Positions 59,291-64,000 of a stretch of DNA of 64,000 bases are shown piece by piece. The stretch is from NCBI GenBank assembly GCA_040752695.1, contig JBFMGO010000003.1, forward strand, positions 47,407 to 111,406. Direction: 5' to 3'. The notes under the pieces are model-generated. The model saw only the letters and a program-made list of their open reading frames with translations, did no database searches and was not told the DNA's origin. The position numbers were made by a program, and so were the translations under genes. Source of the stretch: a bacterium (GTDB taxonomy: Bacteria; SZUA-182; DTGQ01). The stretch's first letter is position 1. Each line of letters starts with the position of its first letter.

Positions 59291-60559
59291 ATGGCGGTTA
59301 TTCGGAAAAACGCAAGGAGTTTTTGCATGATCAAAGGTAAAAAATTCGGAGCCAGGGCAATAATGCAGTGGGGAGTGCCCGGTTTGCTTTTTCTGCTGTC
59401 CTTTTTTCCTGTCCCAGAGTCCTGGGCAGTCGGCAATATACATTTTGGTCTTATGGAAATTCATCCCGGCATCCAGATAAAGCGAACTTACCGCCGCTTA
59501 GTTGACGAGGATGACAGTGATAGCGGAGACGATTGGGTTACTACTTACTCTCCTGGTCTTAAGGTACAGTGGCCAATCCGGCAGCATGCGCTCAAATGCG
59601 ACTGGCTGCTCCAGTACCCTCGATACGATAAGCACAGTAACTGGAACTATGATGGACAGCGGCTCTCCACGGTCGGTAATTTTCTATTCGGACTTGGTGG
59701 AAGACAAATCACCCTCGAACTTGGCCACCTTCAGGTGAAGACTGATGAGCCTGCCGACATTTCGGAGTCCCGCCGGAAATTCGAACAAAGCAGATTGTCT
59801 TCCAAGTTAGGGATTAATCTGAATAATAACCTCAGACTGGATTTTTCATACAGCCAGGAAAACTATGATTATCAAAACTCCGACCTGGATGACCAGAAGA
59901 TCTATCAGTATGCAGCATCTGTCAACGTTCGAATCAAACCCAAGACTGTCGCTTTTATTTCCGGCATCCATACTAAGCACGACTATAATGATGTCGTCAA
60001 TGATTCCGGTACCTGGACTATAGGGCCGGGATTACGCTGGGATGCTACGGCTAAACTCTCCGGTCAAATCAGCGGCGGGTACTCGTGGAAGGACTATGAA
60101 ACACAGGACAGCCTCAATACGTGGGTGATTAAGGTCGATCTCACCCATCGGCTCACCGATCACACCAATCTCTCGTTGGGAATCGATAAAGGCGAAAGGG
60201 ACCATTCCGTACTTAAGCGCGATGAAAACGGGAACATAAAGTATGATGCCAACGGGAACATGGAAGAAGATTTCGATAATTATGCTTTTCAGCAGGTGCG
60301 GATCTCTCTGGATCACCAACTGACCTACAAGGTGAAGGCCCTCAGCGGCTTTACCTATGAATATGACAAATATCATGGCATCTACCGTCAAGACACTGTC
60401 TTCTCCTGGCGCCTCGGCCTGCGATACCAGATTCAGGAATGGATGGTCACGGACGTCGAGTTCGAGAAAAGACACCGCGACAGTGCCGGGGAAGGATTCT
60501 ACGCAGCTTCGGGTTACGATAATAACATTTTCTCTCTTTCCCTGGGTTTGGCACTCTGA
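59291..60559 (+). CDS. Outer-membrane beta-barrel protein, polysaccharide-export-associated (BBP2/VpsM-like)
   Basis: Signal peptide, GNIHFGLMEIHP, amphipathic strands, YDNNIFSLSLGLAL end. Confidence 0.72.
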   Translation: MAVIRKNARSFCMIKGKKFGARAIMQWGVPGLLFLLSFFPVPESWAVGNIHFGLMEIHPGIQIKRTYRRLVDEDDSDSGDDWVTTYSPGLKVQWPIRQHALKCDWLLQYPRYDKHSNWNYDGQRLSTVGNFLFGLGGRQITLELGHLQVKTDEPADISESRRKFEQSRLSSKLGINLNNNLRLDFSYSQENYDYQNSDLDDQKIYQYAASVNVRIKPKTVAFISGIHTKHDYNDVVNDSGTWTIGPGLRWDATAKLSGQISGGYSWKDYETQDSLNTWVIKVDLTHRLTDHTNLSLGIDKGERDHSVLKRDENGNIKYDANGNMEEDFDNYAFQQVRISLDHQLTYKVKALSGFTYEYDKYHGIYRQDTVFSWRLGLRYQIQEWMVTDVEFEKRHRDSAGEGFYAASGYDNNIFSLSLGLAL

Positions 60560-60836
60560 TCCTGGACTGTACTGAGAGTACTGGCCTGCGAGTACTGGTA
60601 CTGCGAGCACTATACACATATCTTGAGGCTGTGCCAGGCACATCTTGAGGCTATTCCAAAAAACAGCATTCTCTGGTAAAAAACCCCTTCCGCCCCCTTT
60701 AGAAAAGGGGATGGAAGGGGTTTTAGGATTACGGGCCTGGGGGATCGGTTGATTGATCCTCCTTCTTGGCCGCCTATTTCATTGGCCACGTATTTAACCA
60801 CTTAGTGCGCAGTGTATCGGGGCAGCAGCAGGGCGA

Positions 60837-62060
60837 TCAGATTATTGGATTTTTGAGCATATCCCTTACGGATACAAAGCCGACCTGCTTTCCCTCCCTG
60901 GTTATGAGCAAATGGCGGATGCTGTGACTGGCCATGGTGCGATAGATTTCATAGACGGATGCCTTGATATCCACTGAAATCAGGGGAGCGCTCATAACCT
61001 GATCTACAGGCACGGAGCCAGGATCTTTACAGGCAGCCACGACCTTGTAGACTATATCCTTCTCGCTCAGAATGCCCAAGGCCTTGCCGGGTTCGCCAAC
61101 CAGAACACTACTTGAACCATGCTTTTGCATGACCTGAACAGCTTCAGCAACCGAGGCACCAGGATTGATCGTAGGCGGACCACCGGACATGCAGCGCCGA
61201 ATGGGCTCGAGTGCTGAGCGCCTCAGGTATACGAACCAATAGATAGCGGCAACAAACAGACTTCCTCCGATAATGTTGCCGATTGTGACGGGTATAAGGT
61301 TATAGATGAAAAATCCGGGTATGGTCAGTCTGGAGAGATCCAAAGGAGTGCTGCCGAGCAGGGCCTGTGCCTTGACCACTATCTGCGGGTTGTACTTAGT
61401 TAAAATACCCGCCGGAATGAAGTACATATTAGCCACGGAGTGCTCAAATCCCAAAGCGACGAAAGCCATGATAGGAAAGAGAATGGCAAGAATTTTATCG
61501 GTCACGGACCGTCCGCTGAAACAGAGCCACACAGCCAGACAAACCAGCATATTACAGAGAATCCCCCTGGAAATCGCCTGCATGAAGCTGAGATGCACCT
61601 TGTCGTTGGCGATTATCAGCGTTTTGGCTCCTACGGCAGCTCCGCCCGACATCCAGTGCCCGCTCAAAAAAATCAAAAGTACGATGGTCAATGAGCCGAT
61701 AAGGTTGCCGCTAAAAACAATACTCCAATTGCGCAGAAGCTGCTTCAGGCTGATCTTTCTGCTGACATAAGCCATCACCAGGAGATTATTTCCCGTGAAC
61801 AGCTCCGCACCGGCAACAATCACAAGAATCAGGCCGAGACAGAAGACCAGCCCGCCAATGAGTTTAGTGAGTCCTAAGCTCAAGGTGGAGTCATGGATCA
61901 CATAAATATAGAGGACAGCTCCGAAGCCAATAAAGGCACCAGCCATCTTGGCAAGGGCAAGCGTCGATAAAAAGTCCAGATTGCCTTTGGTAATTCCTGC
62001 CTTCTCCACACGTGCAGCCATTTGAGTCGGGGCATAAGCGTCAAAATCATTATTTTCCAT
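60837..62060 (-). CDS. focA: Formate/nitrite transporter fused to a CBS domain pair
   Basis: GAELFTGN, GILCNMLVCLAVW, GFEHSVANM, GNIIGG; C-terminal GILSEKDI...IRHLLI...GFVSVRD; start placed at ATG 62060. Confidence 0.88.
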   Translation of the reverse strand: MENNDFDAYAPTQMAARVEKAGITKGNLDFLSTLALAKMAGAFIGFGAVLYIYVIHDSTLSLGLTKLIGGLVFCLGLILVIVAGAELFTGNNLLVMAYVSRKISLKQLLRNWSIVFSGNLIGSLTIVLLIFLSGHWMSGGAAVGAKTLIIANDKVHLSFMQAISRGILCNMLVCLAVWLCFSGRSVTDKILAILFPIMAFVALGFEHSVANMYFIPAGILTKYNPQIVVKAQALLGSTPLDLSRLTIPGFFIYNLIPVTIGNIIGGSLFVAAIYWFVYLRRSALEPIRRCMSGGPPTINPGASVAEAVQVMQKHGSSSVLVGEPGKALGILSEKDIVYKVVAACKDPGSVPVDQVMSAPLISVDIKASVYEIYRTMASHSIRHLLITREGKQVGFVSVRDMLKNPII

Positions 62061-62175
62061 TGCCAATTCTCCATCTTCCTTGTTAACAGCCTCATTTGGT
62101 AGCTTTGACTCTTCTTCTCCATTATAACCCGTAACATGCAATTCTTAACTTCCATCCGTAACTCGTAATCGATAT

Positions 62176-62312
62176 CTCAAAAATATCCCGCACCCCGTGA
62201 ATCAAGTATACCTCGCAGCCCCTGCCTCAAGTATCCCGCAGCACGTGAATCAAGTATATCTCGCAGCCCCTGTCTCAAAAACCCCGCAGCACGTAAATCA
62301 AATATATGCCGC
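62176..62312. repeat. 48-bp-period tandem repeat, about 2.7 copies
   Basis: cccgca at 62187, 62235 and 62283 with conserved cgtgaatcaagtat...tcgcagcccctg. Confidence 0.8.
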
Positions 62313-62541
62313 GATTGGCAACCTGCAAGCCGTAATTCCTGCAAGCCGTAATTTACGTATCATTTATGATTTCGTAATTTATACCCCCGTCCATTATTCA
62401 AGTATAACCGGTAATTTGCACCTTGCAAGGGGGAACCTTCACCACTCGGCTAAAAATATATAATATGGAAAAAGTGGAAAAAAGGGGACAGACTTATTTC
62501 CTCTTGCATATCCCCAAGCCCGGCCTAAAGCCAACACAATA

Positions 62542-63878
62542 TCACCGCCAGTACTCCCGGTCCAGGCTGCGGTACTGGATGGCTTCGGCAACATGGTTGG
62601 ATCGAATCCCCTCCTCACCATCCAAATCGGCAATAGTTCGAGCCACTTTCAGAATGCGGTCATAAGCCCTGGCACTAAAGCCCAGATTATTGATAGCCAT
62701 TTCGATCAGCTTTGATGATTCTTCATCGAGAGCGCAATACTTCTTCATCTGCCTGCTGTTGAGCTGGGCATTACAAAAGATGCCGTCTCCTCCCGCTCCG
62801 ACATGGTAGCGGGCTTCCTGAATCTTCCTGGCCTGATTGACCCTTTTTCTGATCTCGGCTGAACCCTCCCCTTGAGCTTTCGCGATAAGGTCACGAGACT
62901 CCAGGGCAGGCACCTCGATATGAAGATCGATCCGGTCAAGCAGCGGCCCTGAGATACTGGAAAGATACTTTCGAATCTCCCAGGAGGTACAGCGGCACGG
63001 CTTGGTGGGATGTCCCAAAAAGCCGCACTTGCAGGAGTTCATGGAAGCGACCAAAAGGAAGCGGGCCGGGAACGTCAGGGACATCGTGGAGCGGGAAATC
63101 GTGACCGTGCCATCCTCAAGGGGCTGGCGCATGACTTCCAGAGTGCGGCGGTCGAACTCGGTCAGTTCATCCAGGAAAAGCACCCCGTTATGAGCCAGGG
63201 AGACTTCACCCGGCCTTGGAATATTCCCGCCGCCGATCAGCCCCGCGTTGGTAATGGTATGATGGGGAGCGCGGAAAGGCCGGGTAACTGCAAGGGCCTG
63301 GCCTTTGCCGAGCAGCCCGGCGATGCTATGAATCTTGGTTGCCTCGATCGCCTCCTCCAGGGTCATATCGGGAAGGATGGTCGATAAGCGCTTTGAAAGC
63401 ATGGTCTTTCCGGTTCCGGGAGGTCCGATGAGAAGTACGTTATGCCCGCCGGCAGCAGCAATCTCAAGCGCCCGCTTGACATGCTCCTGCCCCTTGACAT
63501 CGCTGAAATCAATTGAATCTATTCGATGATGAGAGGAGAAAATCTGCTCTATATCGACCTTGTGGGGTGGAATTTCCAACTGGCCGTTCAGGAAAGCATT
63601 CGCTTCGGTCAGGGATTTGACGGGAAAAATCCTGATTCCATCGACTACTGCGGCCTCGTTGGCATTGTCTACCGGCAGGATGAATCCATAAAGCCCCATC
63701 TGCCTGGCCAGCATGGCCATAGCCAGTGCTCCCTTAATGGGCCTGACTGCTCCATCGAGGGAAAGCTCTCCTGCTATCAGGTGCTTATCGAGAACTGTGG
63801 CTGGAATCAAGCCCTGTGCAGATAAAAGACCCAGGGCAATAGGCAGGTCATAAACCGTGCCTTCTTTCCTGATATCCG
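62542..63878 (-). pseudogene. comM: ComM/YifB Mg-chelatase-like AAA ATPase, 5'-truncated
   Basis: DIRKEGTVYDLPIA, GELSLDG, GPPGTGKT, PFRAPHH, GEVSLAHNG, GPLLDRID, ARTIADL; homology stops abruptly before DIRKEG. Confidence 0.85.
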
Positions 63879-64000
63879 TGCTTCCGCACCCCCGATAATA
63901 GTTTTTAGATTTTTTTACTTGACCAATAATCGCTGATTTCATACTGTGGTATAGTGCCATGTTGATGTATCATTTGCAACCAGCCATAAGGGGGGAAAGC

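Noticed and set aside
62176..62312. Possible CRISPR array or 16-aa repeat protein (ORF 62197-62463)
   Set aside because: Units are contiguous with no unique spacers and no cas genes are seen; the ORF has no RBS or family motif, so it is treated as a tandem repeat
63879..63960. N-terminal MALYHSMKS... extension of ComM
   Set aside because: No similarity to the ComM N-terminus; fortuitous open frame in the foreign sequence

Overview
Bacterial chromosomal window, probably from an anaerobic diderm (superoxide reductase, rubrerythrin-like protein, outer-membrane beta-barrels, sigma54-type promoters); the taxon cannot be assigned from sequence alone. It contains about 45 CDS: the end of a glycan-modification cluster (nucleotidyltransferase, a motif-degenerate AsnB, an FAD oxidoreductase), a hybrid histidine kinase, a nine-gene Yip1/B-box/DUF4129/DUF4350/MoxR/DUF58/SpoIIM/RDD operon, a HEPN-MNT pair, an oxidative-stress operon, nagA-slt, hisCBHAF, several secreted proteins, and a 5'-truncated comM at the right edge. 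Highlights not visible in the ORF track: (1) an AhpD/CMD-family selenoprotein with CxxU and a SECIS-like hairpin (6985-7281); (2) a 1.7 kb decayed integrative element with direct-repeat ends exactly between moxR and the DUF58 gene, whose integrase is split by a 91 bp TA-duplicating MITE; (3) two unrelated secreted proteins (a beta-helix protein and a CLCA-like metalloprotease/VWA protein) ending in the same Cys-rich cohesin+dockerin tandem, which, with a Gly/Tyr-rich repeat protein, a TMTC-like glycosyltransferase and shared sigma54-type promoters, suggests a non-cellulosomal extracellular scaffold system (inference); (4) many short tandem micro-duplications at gene ends. No rRNA, tRNA or CRISPR array was recognised. 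All family calls come from motif recognition by eye, not from database searches.
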